DNA of 64,000 nucleotides, from positions 21,576,001 to 21,640,000 of the forward strand of contig JBHGNT010000006.1 of assembly GCA_043228905.1 (NCBI GenBank), read 5' to 3'. Under the pieces are notes generated by a model, which did not search any database, was not told the origin of the DNA, and worked only from the letters and a program-made list of their open reading frames with translations. The translations under genes were made by a program, and so were the position numbers. Below are positions 26,859 through 40,354 of the stretch, piece after piece. This DNA is from Azolla caroliniana. Its lineage: Eukaryota; Plantae; Polypodiophyta. The stretch's first letter is position 1; the number at the start of each line of letters is the position of its first letter.

Positions 26859-27811
26859 TGTCGTAGTGTAATTTGCACACTACGTGAAAAATTACATTTT
26901 TGGTCTCTCCGGATAGGACATGGAGTACCCGGTGAGAACCGGAAGGAGGAATCGGTAAGGAGGTCTCGGTAAGAACCGGACAAAGAAAACGGAAGAAGGA
27001 ACCGGTAAGGACCAAAACTGGTAAGGAGAACCGGCAAGAGCCGGATGAAGAAGGCCGGTGAGAGTCGGTGAGAAACGAATGAAGAGATTAGTAAGGAGGT
27101 CCCGGTAAGAACCAGACAAAGAAAACTAGCAAGCACCGGATGAAGCAGAACCGGAAAGAGCCGGATGAAGAAGGCCGGTGAGAGTCTCTCACCGGATGAA
27201 GAGACATATTTGTAAATAGAAGAAAGTATAAAATAAATATATATATATATTACATGCATAGGGCAAGATTCGAACCTTGCACCTCCATGTTAATAATGTT
27301 AAGCCTTATCATTATACTAGAGTATTATGAATTTTAAAGTTATACTAAACTTTATCCCATGTAAAATTTCTAGACATGCATGGTACAAAAAGTTATTCAT
27401 GCATAGACACTCAAGTTAAAAGAAAAGATGAGATAGAAAGCTAATCATGCACATGTAGTGTGCATGAAAACTAAAAATAGGAAAAGCATGATGCTTGCAT
27501 GTGATAAACTTAGACTCTTCCAAACACTATATAAGGAAGAGAGAAAGATGTATAGAGGTTGTTGATTATTTTACAAGGGTTGATTAATATAATATAATCG
27601 TGGGATTCACGAATTTGCTAACTATTTTTCTCTCTTAATTTGATTACTCACTAATACACTATACTCGTGGGATTCACGAGTTTTTGATATCTTTCTTTCT
27701 TACAATATATTTCATATTCTTAATTGCCTTAGAATTTTCTTTCCTCCTAGTCCAAAACCCCAGCGGTTCCCACCCGACTCACGCAACGATCCGGAGCCGT
27801 AAGGCACGACA
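26859..27811 (+). mobile_element. Solo LTR E (953 bp, 4-bp TSD) inserted in the 3' LTR of D
   Basis: TGTCGT...ACGACA ends; TSD ACGT; TATATAA near 27528; D LTR sequence resumes after the TSD. Confidence 0.85.
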
Positions 27812-28161
27812 ACGTAAACATCTTGTGTACTCTCTATTTCTTGTGTGTGTACGTGCGTTCACTCTCTATTTCCCATTTCTGTGTTTCATTCTCATTGAAG
27901 TGATTCATTACTCCGTTGTGGCCGAGCAATATTCCGCGCAGTTCTCTTTAGTGTGGTATGTTGACTCCGGAGCGTCAAATCATATGACAAGTGACGTGGA
28001 ATGATTCTTCTACTTGGAGAGACCGGAAAAACAAGGAGTGATCGAAATTGGAGACGACAGTCCGCATACCATCGAACATGTCGATGAAGTTCCCCTCAGC
28101 CATGTCAGGCAGAAAGGGAATGTCATGAACGTGCTACACGTGCCGACAATAACGAAGAACA

Positions 28162-28860
28162 TGTTGGGAATATGTCCCTCTAGTGGGAAGAAGAACCAAT
28201 TGATCGGAAAGCCGACAATCGATGACAGGGAAGATCCGACTGTTCGGAAAGCCAACAGTCGAAGAGTCGAAAACAGTGAGTCGACTATTTGAAGATTTGA
28301 CTATTATTATTATAGTAATAATAATAATGATGATGTGTGGAAACAAGTACCTCCAGATGGGAAAGAGAGAGGAGCCGCGTTGATGAGTCGAGAAACCAGA
28401 AACGTGTATATAGCCAACTCATGAGGGCTACGTATGTAAATAGTCCAAGTGTGCGCCCCATGAGGGCTACGTATGTAAATAACCAGAAAGTTGCGTAAGT
28501 ATATATGCAACTAGGGCAAACTTTTAGTATGTGACGAACAGAGTAGAAACAGAAGTTGTAGTGTGCAGGAGTGCGAGAGAGAGAGAGTGTGTGTGAGCCG
28601 CACCATAACTGTGTGTGTAACAGCAGACACGAAGAGCCTTGTGTGGCTGATACACTCAATAGAGTGTTGTATTCCTCTCAGTGTTGTATATCCACTTTGT
28701 ATAGTGAAGAAATCTGTTCACCCCTGGTTTTTCCCCATTTTAGGGTTTCCACGTAAATTTCTGTGCACTGTTGTGTGTCTTGTTTTTTTGGCATTTCTGT
28801 GATTCGTATTTCAGCACGTAGTTCATTTATTGTGATCTATTCCGCAACAATTTCTCATCA
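28162..28860 (+). mobile_element. Solo LTR F (Copia) inserted in pol of C
   Basis: TGTTGG...CATCA ends; TSD GAACA on both sides; C reading frame (TITKN|MVSFGQ) resumes. Confidence 0.92.
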
Positions 28861-31800
28861 GAACATGGTGTCGTTCGGACAGATCGTCGACCAGGGGATG
28901 CAACTTCGATTCACGCATCTCGGTTGTTACATCGAAGAGGAGGGCAAAGTCTTTGCGTAAGGGCGCTGAGAAGGGAGGATGTTCATCCTCAATACCAATG
29001 ACGTCGGAACCGCGTTGTTTGCGAAAGGACAGAAGGTCGAGTCGGACATCGACCTATGGCACAAGCGGTTCAACCATGTTAATTTCCCGCGGCTTCGTGA
29101 AATGGAGACGAAGAACATTGTTTTCGGATTGCCAAAATTTAGTGGCCAGAACAGCCAAGTCTGCGAAGCCTGCCAGCTTGGGAAGCAACACTGACTTCCA
29201 TTCCCCAATGAGCGTAATCGGAGTCGAAATCCGCTTGATGTGATCCATTCGGAGGTATGGGAACCGGCACAAAACGTGAGCATCAGAGGAAGCCGTTACT
29301 TCGTAACCTTCATCGATGACTTCACTCGGCACACTTGGGCATGCTTGATCGCGAAAAAGAGTGAAGTCTTCGCATGTTTCCTGAAGGTGAAGAGCCTTGC
29401 GGAAAGGGAAATCGGGCGAAAAGTCAAGTGCCTAAGGTTCGATGGCGGGAAGGAGTACTTCTCCGACCAATTCTCGAGTTATCTACAGAAGGAGGGAACT
29501 CGACGCGAATTCTCATGTAGATACACGCCGCAGCAGAACGACGTGGCCGAGATGAAGAATCAGATGATAGAAGAGGCGGCAAGGGTGATGCTTGAAAAGA
29601 AGCATCTGCCGAAGTTCTATTGGGCTGAAATGGTCAGAACAACCGTCTACCTTCAGAATCGGGCATTTGCCAATGGACACCAGAGCGGAGAAGTGTATCT
29701 TGGTTGGCTACTCGGACGAACAGAAGGGTTATAAATGTTATAACCCCCGAACCAAACAATCTCGCGTAAGTCGTGATGTTGTGTTCGACGAGTCCGTGTC
29801 GTGGTACTTGCCTTCGCCTCCAACCCCTGACAACTCCATTCCGATCTTTGACGAAGAGGTTAGCGAGGCTAAAATGCCTCAGAACGAAGGAGACATCGAA
29901 ACTCTTGAAGAAAGTTCGATCTCATTCAGGCTAAGTGGGCTGAATGAGCAACTGAGTCAGCATGACCAGTCAGACACAAAGGCGGTGAGTAGTGGAAACT
30001 CGGCCGTGCATTCCCCGTGCAGGAAGCTGAGGAGACGGTTTACGCGCAAAGAGAAGGGAAAGAAGAAGATGCCGGAGTATGGCACCGATAAAGACGAGTC
30101 GGATCGAAGCGAATCTAACTTTGAGAAGAACGAAGACGGACCTTCGGAAATGAAGTCCGCGTCGGCCAAGAGGGCCTCAAAATCGGCTAATGAGCAATTA
30201 CGCCGATCTACTCGCTAGAAGAACCCCGTGGTGCGGTTCGGATACAACGAGTACATGGCGCATCATTATGCGTACATGACGCATCATTATGGCGGAAGTG
30301 CGTGAGCCGGAGAGCTATGCGGAACCGACGAAGGATGCAAATTGGCGTGCCGCAATGGAGGAAGAGATGCACGCATTAGCGGAAAATGAAACTTGGGACC
30401 TGGTTGATGCCCCGAAGGATGTAAAGCCGATTGGATGCAGGTGGATGTACAAGGTCAAGTACAACACCGACAGCTCTGTCAACCGCTACAAGGCTCGGTT
30501 AGTGGCGAAGGGATACGGACAACACCACGACATCAACTACGATGAGACCTTTGCGCCCGTCCTGAAGATGACAACCGTCCGTGCTTTGCTTGCGGTAGCC
30601 GTGGTAAAGGGGTGGCATTTACATCAGATGGATGTAAAGAATGCATTCCTGCAAGGAGAATTTGAGGAGCAAGTGTACATGGTACAACACCTCGGATTTT
30701 AGTCCGGAAAGAACACCTCGGTGGTATGCCTACTGAAGAAGTCCCTCTATGGACTAAAACAAGCCCCACGCACGTGGAATGCGAAGATCACGCAGCGCCT
30801 GCGTCAGCTAGGGTTTGCAACATCCAAATCAGACTCTTCATTTTTCGTCCAGCAAGGTCCACATGGACCGGTTAGTATTTTACTTTATGTTGATGATTTA
30901 GTCATTGCCGGCGCCGACCTAGATGAAATCGGTCGTTTAAAGTCCCAGCTTGCGACATCATTCGACATGAAGGACCTGGGGGACCTTCATTACTTCCTAG
31001 GGATCGAAGTGATCCGCACCCCCAAAGGCATACTGATAAGACAACACCATTATGTGCTGAGTATGGTCTTCAAATTCGGGATGACAGACTATAAGTCTCG
31101 AAGGGGATGTGAAAGCTTGCTGAGGACAACCTCATTTCGGAGGTGAAGAACGTGCAACTTGAGAAGTGCATTGATTGCTTGGCCAGTAAACAAAATCAAA
31201 CATCCTTCCGAACGAGGCCCCCGATGAGGAAGAAAATGCCGTTGGAACTCGTGGATACAGACGTATGCTATGTGGAAACGAAGTCGCATGGTGGTTCACA
31301 GTATTTCGTGACCTTCATTGATGACTATAGCCGGAAGTTGTGGGCTCCCGTGCTAAAGACGAAGGATCAAGTGTTATCCGTCTTCAAAGAGTTCCACGCG
31401 AGGGCCAAGAGAGAAACCAACCGAAAACTGAAGGCAGTCTGAGCGGACAATGGCGGACAGTATCGTGGATCGTTCGAGGAATATTTCCAAAATCAAGGAA
31501 TCCGACTCGAGTATACCATGCCGAAGACGCTAGAGCTTAATGGGCTGGCTGAGAGAATGAACCATATCATAATGGAAAGGGTCCGAAGTATGCTTGCACA
31601 TGCTAAGTTACCGAAGACGTTTTGGGCTGAGGCGCTGATGACGACAACGTACGTGATAAACCGATCACCCTCAGTACTTTTGGATAGTGATATTCCACAA
31701 AGGGTGCGAAGTGGCAAAGACGTTTCGTACCGACATCTGAGGGTGTTCGACTGTCTTGCCTATGTGCATGTGGCAAAAGACCAAAGGGGAAATTTGGACC

Positions 31801-32900
31801 CGAAATCTCGGCTATGCATATTTCTGGTCTACGACAATGATGAATTTGGCTATCGGCTACGAGACTTAGCTGAGAAGAAGGTGATTAGGAGCCGCGACAT
31901 TGTCTTCATGGAGGAAAAGACAATAGTCGACTGGGAGATTGAGAATAAGTCTCCAACTGTCGAATCGAACCGATTCGACGCTGGGCCAAATAGAGTAGAA
32001 GCCGATTCGATCTAAATCGAATCCGAGCCAATTAGCCGAGTTAATACTTGGCAAAATCGAGAACGGACTAAAGAACGAGTGGAAACGACCGAACAAGGAG
32101 CTAAATTCGAATGGGCCGAAGAAGTCGAAGAAGAACCGACCGTGCCGAACGGAGGCTGAAAATATCTCCTAAGAGAAAGGAGGCCCCCCCGAAGATTTCT
32201 GGATGAAGAGTGTGTATTGCTAACCGATGAGGGGGAGCCGGAAAACTTTGAAGAAGCTAAGGAAGATACCCACAACCGAAAGTAGTTGAGTGCCATGCAA
32301 GAGGAGATGGATTCCTTGCATGAGAACCACGCATATGAATTGACCGAACTGCCGAGAGGAAAGAAGGCACTTCGGAATAAATGGGTATACAAGTTGAAAC
32401 TGGGAGATGGCGGGAATCCACCCAGGTACAAAGCACAAATCGTCGTGAAAGGCTTTCAACAGAAGAAGGGTGTCAATTTCGACGAAATATTTGTCCTGGT
32501 CGTAAAGATGACATCAATCCGAACTGTGGTGAGCATCGCAGCCAGCATGGATCTCGAAGTCAAACAACTGGACGTCAAGACTGCCTTCCTCCATGGAGAT
32601 TTGGAGGAAGAGATATACATGCACCAGCCCAAAGGATTTGTGGAAAAAGGTAAAGAAAATCTGGTATGCCGATTGAGGAAGAGCTTGTATGGGTTGAAGC
32701 TCCTCGGCAATGGTATTGAAAATTCGAATCCTTCATGATCGACAATGAATACCACAAAACACAGGCCAATCACTGTGTATCTGTGAAGAAATTCGACGGA
32801 GGAGATTTCCTCATCCTCTTGTTGTACGTGGACGACATGCTGATTGCCGGACAAGACCATACGAAGATCTGAGTGCTGACGAAAGCCTTGAGCAGATCAT

Positions 32901-34653
32901 ACACAAAATCAAGCAGATTTACCTTAGGGGGACTTGTTGGAATTTGCGCTAAAGTACTTTCCCCTCCAATATGGTTGTTGAGTTGGTGAAAATTGTTACT
33001 AGTGTTGTTTTGATTACTTTGAAATTGATTCATGCCTTGAACCCAATCACCTTGTCATCACGAAGGGCATCGTGTAGATATATGTCCCTCCACACCACAT
33101 GTGTAACACAGAATCACTCTCCTTGGTTTTGGAGCATCTTGAGTTTGACTTACATTAAAATTTGCTTGCATGTTTTGGATTTGTGGGGTAATTTCATTGA
33201 GACGTTGATTTACTTGCTTCAAGAAACCTCCTTCCACCTTAGATTGAGTAGCGTCTTGCATCACCGGAACATTAGGTTGATATGTCGTAAAAACATTAGG
33301 GAATACTTGATCTCCATACACAATTAGTGATTGTTGAAGAATAGGAGATTTAAATGTTGCAACCATTGAATCCACTCTCGCTTGTAGAACTTGGATTTGT
33401 CTATTATAGGCTTGACAAGTTTGGATAAGCGCTTGGAAATTTGTAGGATCCTTTAGATTTTCCTCCAATGCAAAGTGTGGGCTTGCTTAATCCCACTTTG
33501 AAGCGGTCTATCTTAAACCATTCATCCTTCGTTCCACCACGTAGTCGAATCCATGTAGTTCAGAGGTTAGTAAATTCCCTCTCATAATCGATATACTCCA
33601 TTGTTGATGACATTCGTAAACGAAAGAGTTCCTCTCGCACTTCCATCGCATTTTAGCATCGAATATACTTAGCTTTAAATTGTTTTACCAATAATTGGTA
33701 ATTCAATTGTTGGTTTGGTAGCAAGGATTCATACCAATCCCTTGCTCGTCCATAAAAAGTAGCCACCAATAGAGGAAGTTTCTCAAAATCCTTCATCTTC
33801 CCTATTGATATTGCATGATGTTCAAAGGTGGCCAAGAATGCTCCCGCATCTTGAACCCCATCACCTACAAAAGCAAATTGAAAAGCCATATTGGCTACAA
33901 ATAGAACATGTCTTCCCCCTGATACGGAAAGAATCAACCCTCCCTGGAGCACCAAAATGATGATGAGAGAAAGAAAAAAGATAGAGAAGAGAAAATGAAG
34001 AGAAAAGAATACTTCAATATACTATTAGGAAAACAATACAATCCTCTTAGATTCCAAAAGTAACAACCCCAAATAACTACTTCAATATACTATTAGCCAA
34101 AATAGTCTTTCCTTGTTCTCTCTTTCTTCAACTAATCTTCTTCTCACTTCTTCTAATCTTCTTATTCTTCCTCACTTCTTCTTGTAGATATTCTACTCCC
34201 TTTTTCTCCCCCAATTGCTAAGAATACCCTCATATTTATAGGTTTTTAGTTGCGTTATTCTTGTTTTTTACTTTTCTTTTCTTTCTACATATCCTCGAGT
34301 TTGTGTGATATGTTTTTCATATCATTATTTCTGTTTTGTCATCCAAATTGGTCATAAATGAAAGCTCTCTTTTTCAGCTTTCTTGCAAATCTTTTCTTTT
34401 GAAAATTGGATATGAGATGAAGAAGTTATGATCGTTTTTCTCTGCCTTGCTTTTTTTGCCTTTTTTATGCGTTTTTTTCTTTTTTCTTTTTTCCTGCTTT
34501 TTCTACTTTTGGAAAACGCCTCTAACTTCATATACCTTCAATTTCATTCTTCTTTTAACTCTTGAACCTTTCATATTGTGCTTTATTCTTATACACCTTA
34601 GCATCCGATGTATTTGCCATGGTCTTTTCTTACGAGCAAAAATTGACTTCACA
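32901..34653 (-). mobile_element. Element G: truncated Gypsy-type element (5' LTR 33958-34653, PBS, gag)
   Basis: TG...CA LTR; PBS TGGTGCTCCAGGGAGGG (33954-33938); gag remnants with CYTCGVEGHISTRC zinc knuckle. Confidence 0.75.
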
Positions 34654-37600
34654 ATATGTACCAGGCCGGACATAGGATACGCAGTCGGCGTGGTTAGCTG
34701 ATACATGAGCAACCCTGGAAGAGAGCATTGGGCTGCCGTGAAGTGGATACTTCGATACCTAAAGGGCACCTCGAACGTGTGTCTTCGTTTCGGTTCGGGT
34801 AACCCCACACTGAAGGGTTATACTGACTTGGACATGTCGGCTGATGTGGATACCAGCGGATCCATGTTTGGGTACGTAATGACTTATGCAGGGGGAGCTA
34901 TTTCATGGTAGTCGAGGCTGTAGAAGGCCGTGATGTTGTTGACCACGAAAGCCGAATATATGGCCACAACGGAAGCCGGCAAGGAAATCATATGGATGAA
35001 GGAGTTTATCGGTGAGCTGGGAATTCGACAGGAGGAATTCCAACTTGCGATAACCAGAGTGCCATCCACCTTGCGAAAAATGCCTCCTAACATTCAAGGA
35101 CCAAACACATCTAGAGAAGATATCATTGGATCCGAGAGCAAGTAGATGAAAAGGAGTTTGCTCTAGTAAAGATCCACACAGTCAAAAATGGATCGGATAT
35201 GCTGACGAAAAGCTAAACGCTTGCCGACAAAGAGTCGGTTTGATGAAGTACCCCATGCTGGAGTGAAGGGGGAGTTTGTTGGGAAACATGTCCCTCTAGA
35301 TGGGAAGAGAAGTACCGTGTTGGTGAGTATCTTGGCCAAGGCTGAAATTGAAATTGAAACCGAAAACTGAAAACCGAAATCGTTTCGGAACACTATAATT
35401 GTAAATAGTCTAAAATGCCCTTGTGGGCTATACTTGTAAATAGCCAGAAAGTTGTTTTTATTTATAAGAAACTAGGGCAAACTTTAGTAAGTATAGTTCA
35501 TCATTATTGTAAAGTTAGAATGAGGTAGTTGCCTCTATAACCGTGAGTGAGAGTGTAACTCTGTAGCCGTTGGCGAAGGAGAACTCGAGGTCGTTGTCTC
35601 CGAGTTCCGTATTTGTCTACTATAGTGATATGTTTTCTCGGGGTTTGTGGACCCCCGTCCTCATAAAATATCAGTGTCTCTGTGTCTTCACGTTTTTCGT
35701 CTGTGTACTAGTTCTTGGTTTTTGCACACGAATACGAATGTGAAACCGGTTGTGGCCGATCGATTCCTAACATTCAACTCACAGTATAAAGACTTATAAC
35801 ATACTTGGTCCCTTTTAAGGGATCCAACACTAGTCATCGACACAATGATCTAGTATTCTCATTGTAGAGACCAGACCGTAGATCTGTGAGAAAGGTAGAC
35901 TGAAGATGCACAGTGTAGTGTGGCAGAAATCGGCGGCTTGCGGGTCAGCTTGGGCGGGACAACAAGGGTCTCAGACTAGAGAGAGGGATGTTGATGGGTA
36001 ACTAGGCTTCGTCGGTGATGACTTTCCTGACTAGGCTCTGGCCTAGTCATCGTCTCTTCGTGGTGGCTACTAGTCGGCTTCACCTGGTTTAGCTGGCCGA
36101 CTCTCTTTCGTCTTTCCGGGTCGGTCTCACTGGATCACCTCCCGATCTTTTGGATGGGCGCGCGGTCCCGACCTACACTCTACAACCGGATAGGCCTCTC
36201 TTTCGACTACCATGACGCCGGATAGAAAATTGGGTGGTCAAATATTCCTCTCTTTTTAGAGGAGATATCTTGCCTTGATTTTAGGAGAGGTACATCAAAG
36301 CTCCTCTCACTTTCACCCTCACCCTCACTACCTCCTACGTGTGCGTGTGCACTAATGTACACATCACATTTATTCCCTCACTAACTCCTCTGGTGCACTT
36401 TAGCACCTTACCTTTACCCTTTATCTCTATTTACATTTTCCTATGTACATGTGCAATCGATGCACATATCCGTTCTCGCCCGTTCCATTCGACTTCCCAC
36501 CGTATGTGCCAAGAAAAGGGAAGATGTGAGATTTCGATGATGGTGACCAATTGGCTTCGTCATCTAATCGGCATCCGACTCCCGCGCCGACCGTTGCCGG
36601 TTTTGAATCGTCGGTTCTCGGGCCAACCATGTCCTTGGTCGCGAGCTCGTCTCCTATGTCGTCTTTGTTCCTCCACTTCAAGTTCGTCCAACCTTTCCAC
36701 CCAAACCTCTATTGCCACCCGATCCACCATATCTGCTATCTACCATCGAACCACTGGCTCCATTTAACCTACCATACTCGGCACTCGCACCTTCCTCTTT
36801 GGCCGGTCGTAGCGGGTATGCCAAATGATGTTGCCGACCCGTCCCCTCTTCCTTCGTTCTCTGCTCATGTGCTCTGACCGAACCCCGATCTCTCTCAGAT
36901 ACCGTCCCTTATGCACCTCGTCTGTGCCCATTTCGATCTGACCATTGCCTCGACCCGATACTTCGTTGTGCCGTCCTTCTTCCTTCCTTGATGGTTGCTC
37001 GTCTCACCCTTCCATGTAGTGTTCTCTTCCGTAGAGTACACCACCATCCCGACATCTGTGTTGGTGTTCGCCGCTTCAGTGTCCTCCATAGCCTCTGGTA
37101 TCGCCACCTTGTCTTGAGGAATACCCATTCAATCCGATTGGCTTGCTTGGCCTCCATTGTCTGTCGTAATACTCCTCTCATCTTTTCCTGCATCCTCACC
37201 CACTTCAATCTCCGACTCCTTTCCGGCACCCTCCGCCTCTCCGGTGTTACGTTGATCCACAATTGTCGAAGTCTCGAGATCAGGTGTGGAGGATCCTCTT
37301 CATCCTCGCTCTTTCTCCTCGTAGACATTGTGCTCGCTCGGCTTCCCATTCTTTGTGTTTGCCATCCCTGGCTGCTTCGACCCCCGACTCGGCTGGCTCG
37401 ACTTCTATCTGGATTGGTCTCAGCCGAGTCGGATTTGACTGAACAGTTTTGACTGAGTCAACCTCCACCTAGATCGGGTTCGGCCGATTGCTCGCAACCG
37501 AGTCGTATGTCAGCTCGGTTTGTCAGGTTTGGTTGACCGACTCCCTTCCGGGTTGGCTTCAACTTGGGTCGGAAAACCGACCAGATTGTTGTTCTTCCAG

Positions 37601-38240
37601 GTTGAATTGCTGGCTGAATTGTCTTTTGCTCGGATTGGCTTCTGACTCTCCCTTCCTTGTTGCCTCTTGCCTCTCCATCAGTTTCGACCGCAACTTCATC
37701 CTTCACCTCCTTTCCTTTGTGAATGTTGGCCTCGTGCCATGCCTCCTTGCCGCCACCTACCATCTCTCTAGTCTCACACTAGCACACTGGCACAATTGCT
37801 GAAGTCTCCAGAATCGGTATGGAGGGATTCATTTGCCCGATCTCTCCCGCCTCGTCGTCCTCGTTATCGTCTCGGTTCTTCTCTTTCCTGCTGCCACCTT
37901 CTGTCTCCCCAGTCTCACGTTGGCTCTTGAGCACAACCGTCTAAGTCTCTAGAACCGGTGTGGGGATTGTCTCGGCACCATCACTCGTCGACAACTTGTC
38001 CATAGCCACCTCCGCTTGGACATTGTTGCCCTTGGCTAGCTCCTCCTCTCCTGCCTCATCCCGATCTCTCCTGCCTCGTCGTCCTCGTTATCGTCTCTTT
38101 TCCTCTCTTTCCTGCCGCCACCTTCTGTCTCCCCAATCTCACGTTGGCTTTCGAGCACAACCGTCGAAGTCTCTAGAACCGGTGTGGGGATTGTCTTGGC
38201 ACCATCACTCGTCGACAACTCGTCCATAGCCACCTCCACT

Positions 38241-38468
38241 TGTGACGAGAACTGGTCGTTCCTTATGCACAACGCTCAGCCACAACCGAGCTTAGAATGA
38301 TACACAGAAAACGGGAAATAAAACACGACAAGAAGAAGAGGAAGATACATAGGAGGTTTACGTGGAAAACCCCAAGCTAGGGGAAAAACCACGGCAGCCC
38401 ACAGGCTGCAAATTGTCACTATGTAGGAATATACAACACTGTCCTTTGTACTCGCCACAATTGTCGGT
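38241..38468 (-). mobile_element. Truncated Copia LTR fragment (B-like U5 end)
   Basis: Reverse complement ends ...GTTGTGGCTGAGCGTTG...GTCACA, like LTR B; carries the GGTTTTTCCC...GGGTTTTCCACG motif. Confidence 0.7.
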
Positions 38469-40354
38469 TCGGACAACCTTCAGCTTCCGACCTAACTCTC
38501 TTTCAACTCTACTCTAGAACTCTTTGGAGAACGATAGTACTTGATCCTTCGACTTTAGTACGAAAGCCCACAACTTTCAATTATAGTTGTCAATGAACGA
38601 TACGAAGTAATGTCTGCCACGATGTGATGGAGCATCCACGTAGCACACGTCTGTGTGTACCAGTTCCAGTGCAACTTCTTTTCTTTTTGGTGGTCTCGTC
38701 TGGAACGCAACTCTATTCTACTTTTCGACTAGGCAATTGACACATCTTTCCAAGTGCACTCCTTTTACTTCTGGAAGAAGTTTCTGGTCAGCTAGGATGT
38801 GCATGCCTCTCTCGCTCATGTGGCCAAGCCTCTTGTGCCATAACTCTCCACTCAAGTCGGCTGCTATGTTTATTTCATCCTTGCATAGCTTGGCATGCAA
38901 CACATACAAGGAGCCCTATTTCTGTGCTCGGGCCACTATGAGACTTCTCTTATATAACTTCCACATGCTATTTTGAAAACTACCACTGTAGCCTTCATCA
39001 TCCAATCTTCCAGTTGATATCAGATTCAACCTGATATCGGGAAGATGTCAAACATCTCTCAGGGTCAGTCAACGTTGTAAGGCATACTTCCGATACCGAC
39101 TATCTTGCATTCTACATTGTCTCCCATCTTTACATAGCCATAGTCCCCGTTTGTGTAAGACGAGAAGCCCTTTCTCGATGGAGCTATATGGAACGATGCA
39201 CCGGAATCGATCACCCAGGTGCACTCTTCACTTGCAAGGCTTGGGTTTGCCTACTCACAAATGAACAAGAATGATTCTTCACTTGTAGCGACAGTTGAAG
39301 TGCCCTTCTCCTTAGAAATCCTTTTGGGTTCGACATCATGCGAAGCACCTTTGTCTTTCTTAAGGTGTCGGTAGTCCTTCTGGAAGTGTCCAAGTGTTCC
39401 GAAGTAAATGCATCTGAGCTTTCCTCTGGACTTGGACCTAGCATGAGACTTGTCTCTCTTTTGTGGACTTCTTTGCTTGCTTCTTCCTCTGTCGGGCTTT
39501 TGAGACATATTTGCCTCCGACTAGGATAGGACACCCTTGTTCTTCCTTCTTGCCTCCTTGTTAAGGATACTTGTCTTTACCACTTGCAAGGACAAGTTTT
39601 CTTCTTGGCACGAGGTATTGAGAGACACCACCAGGTTCTCCCAACTGTTTGGTAGGTTACATAGAAGTAACAAAGCTTGCATAGCCTCATCTAATGGGAA
39701 CTTTGCTGCTGCAAGTTGATTCACCAACCCCATGAAGGTGTTAATGTGCACAACAATGCTTTTTCTCCATATTTGTACTTCAGTCTCACAATCTTTCTCA
39801 TCAGAGAGGTTTTGTTGAGGGCATTCTTCCTCTTGTACAATCCTAATAGTTTGTGCCACATTTCGTAGGAATTTGTGTCATTAGCCACATGCTATAGAAC
39901 ACTCACGTCTACACACTGTCTAATGGTGGCCACTACCTTCATGTTTAGGAGTTTCCATTCAGACTCCAATACCCCTGTGGGTATTTCACTTCTGTCTTGG
40001 GTTCGTACAAGTCAGAAGATCCTCCATCTTGATCTTCCAATCAGAGTAGTTGTGCAAGTTTAGGACTATCATACCTGGGAAGCCGCTCACACCTCCTTCC
40101 ATTCTTGCATCTCAAGCTCTGATACCAATTTGTTGAGATCGTACCATAGATATATGAGAAAGATAGACTGAAGATGCACAATACGGAAAAACAGAAAACA
40201 GAAAATCAAATAGAGAATGCACACTACAGAAGCTCTAACTCGCATCATCAACATAATGGGTTGCCCTAGGTGTATTTATACTCTTACATAGTATGGGCTA
40301 TTTACAAATGTAGTTGTTATTAAATTATTTGAGAATCAAACTCAACTTTCCTAT
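38469..40354 (-). mobile_element. Element I: truncated Tnt1-like Copia (partial 5' LTR, PBS, gag, PR, start of INT)
   Basis: PBS 40127-40116; ATG at 40102; gag/CCHC; WVIDSGAS; LWHKRLGHMSE. Confidence 0.85.

Larger units (their letters stand above)
21793..27950 (+). mobile_element. Element D: near full-length Tnt1/Tork-like Copia inserted in C
   Basis: 5' LTR 21793-22307, PBS 22311-22322, PPT 26465-26479, 3' LTR 26481-27950 (interrupted by E), TSD GTGTG. Confidence 0.93.
20341..31096 (+). mobile_element. Element C: second Copia family inserted in gag of A; 3' end deleted
   Basis: LTR 20341-20706, PBS TGGTATCAGAGC 20707-20718. Motifs: gag with zinc knuckle (WYCGKKGHRESEC), PR WYVDSGASNHM (27953), INT, RT LLYVDD. 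Abrupt switch to A-family sequence near 31096. Confidence 0.88.
17921..35772 (+). mobile_element. Element A: Ty1/Copia (Tnt1/Tork-like) LTR retrotransposon, decayed, hosting nested insertions
   Basis: 5' LTR 17921-19775 (interrupted), 3' LTR 35277-35772, TSD TTCAA on both sides, PBS TGGTATCAGAGC 19779-19790, PPT GTGAAGGGGGAG. gag at 19792-20340, INT/RT at 31097-32900, RT/RH at 34654-35265. Confidence 0.92.
17644..38240 (-). mobile_element. Element H: outermost LTR element (probably Gypsy-type, no pol seen). 3' LTR split by Copia A into 17644-17920 and 35778-35801; internal region 35802-38240 truncated
   Basis: Rejoined LTR has TGTTAT...ATAACA ends, TCTAGA repeats and a TATA on minus. A purine-rich tract precedes it. 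The internal region shares the GAAGTCTCTAGAACCGGTGTG motif with element Q. Confidence 0.55.

Noticed and set aside
27260-27280. B-box-like GATTCGAACC
   Set aside because: Lies inside solo LTR E and is shared with LTR P; no tRNA structure
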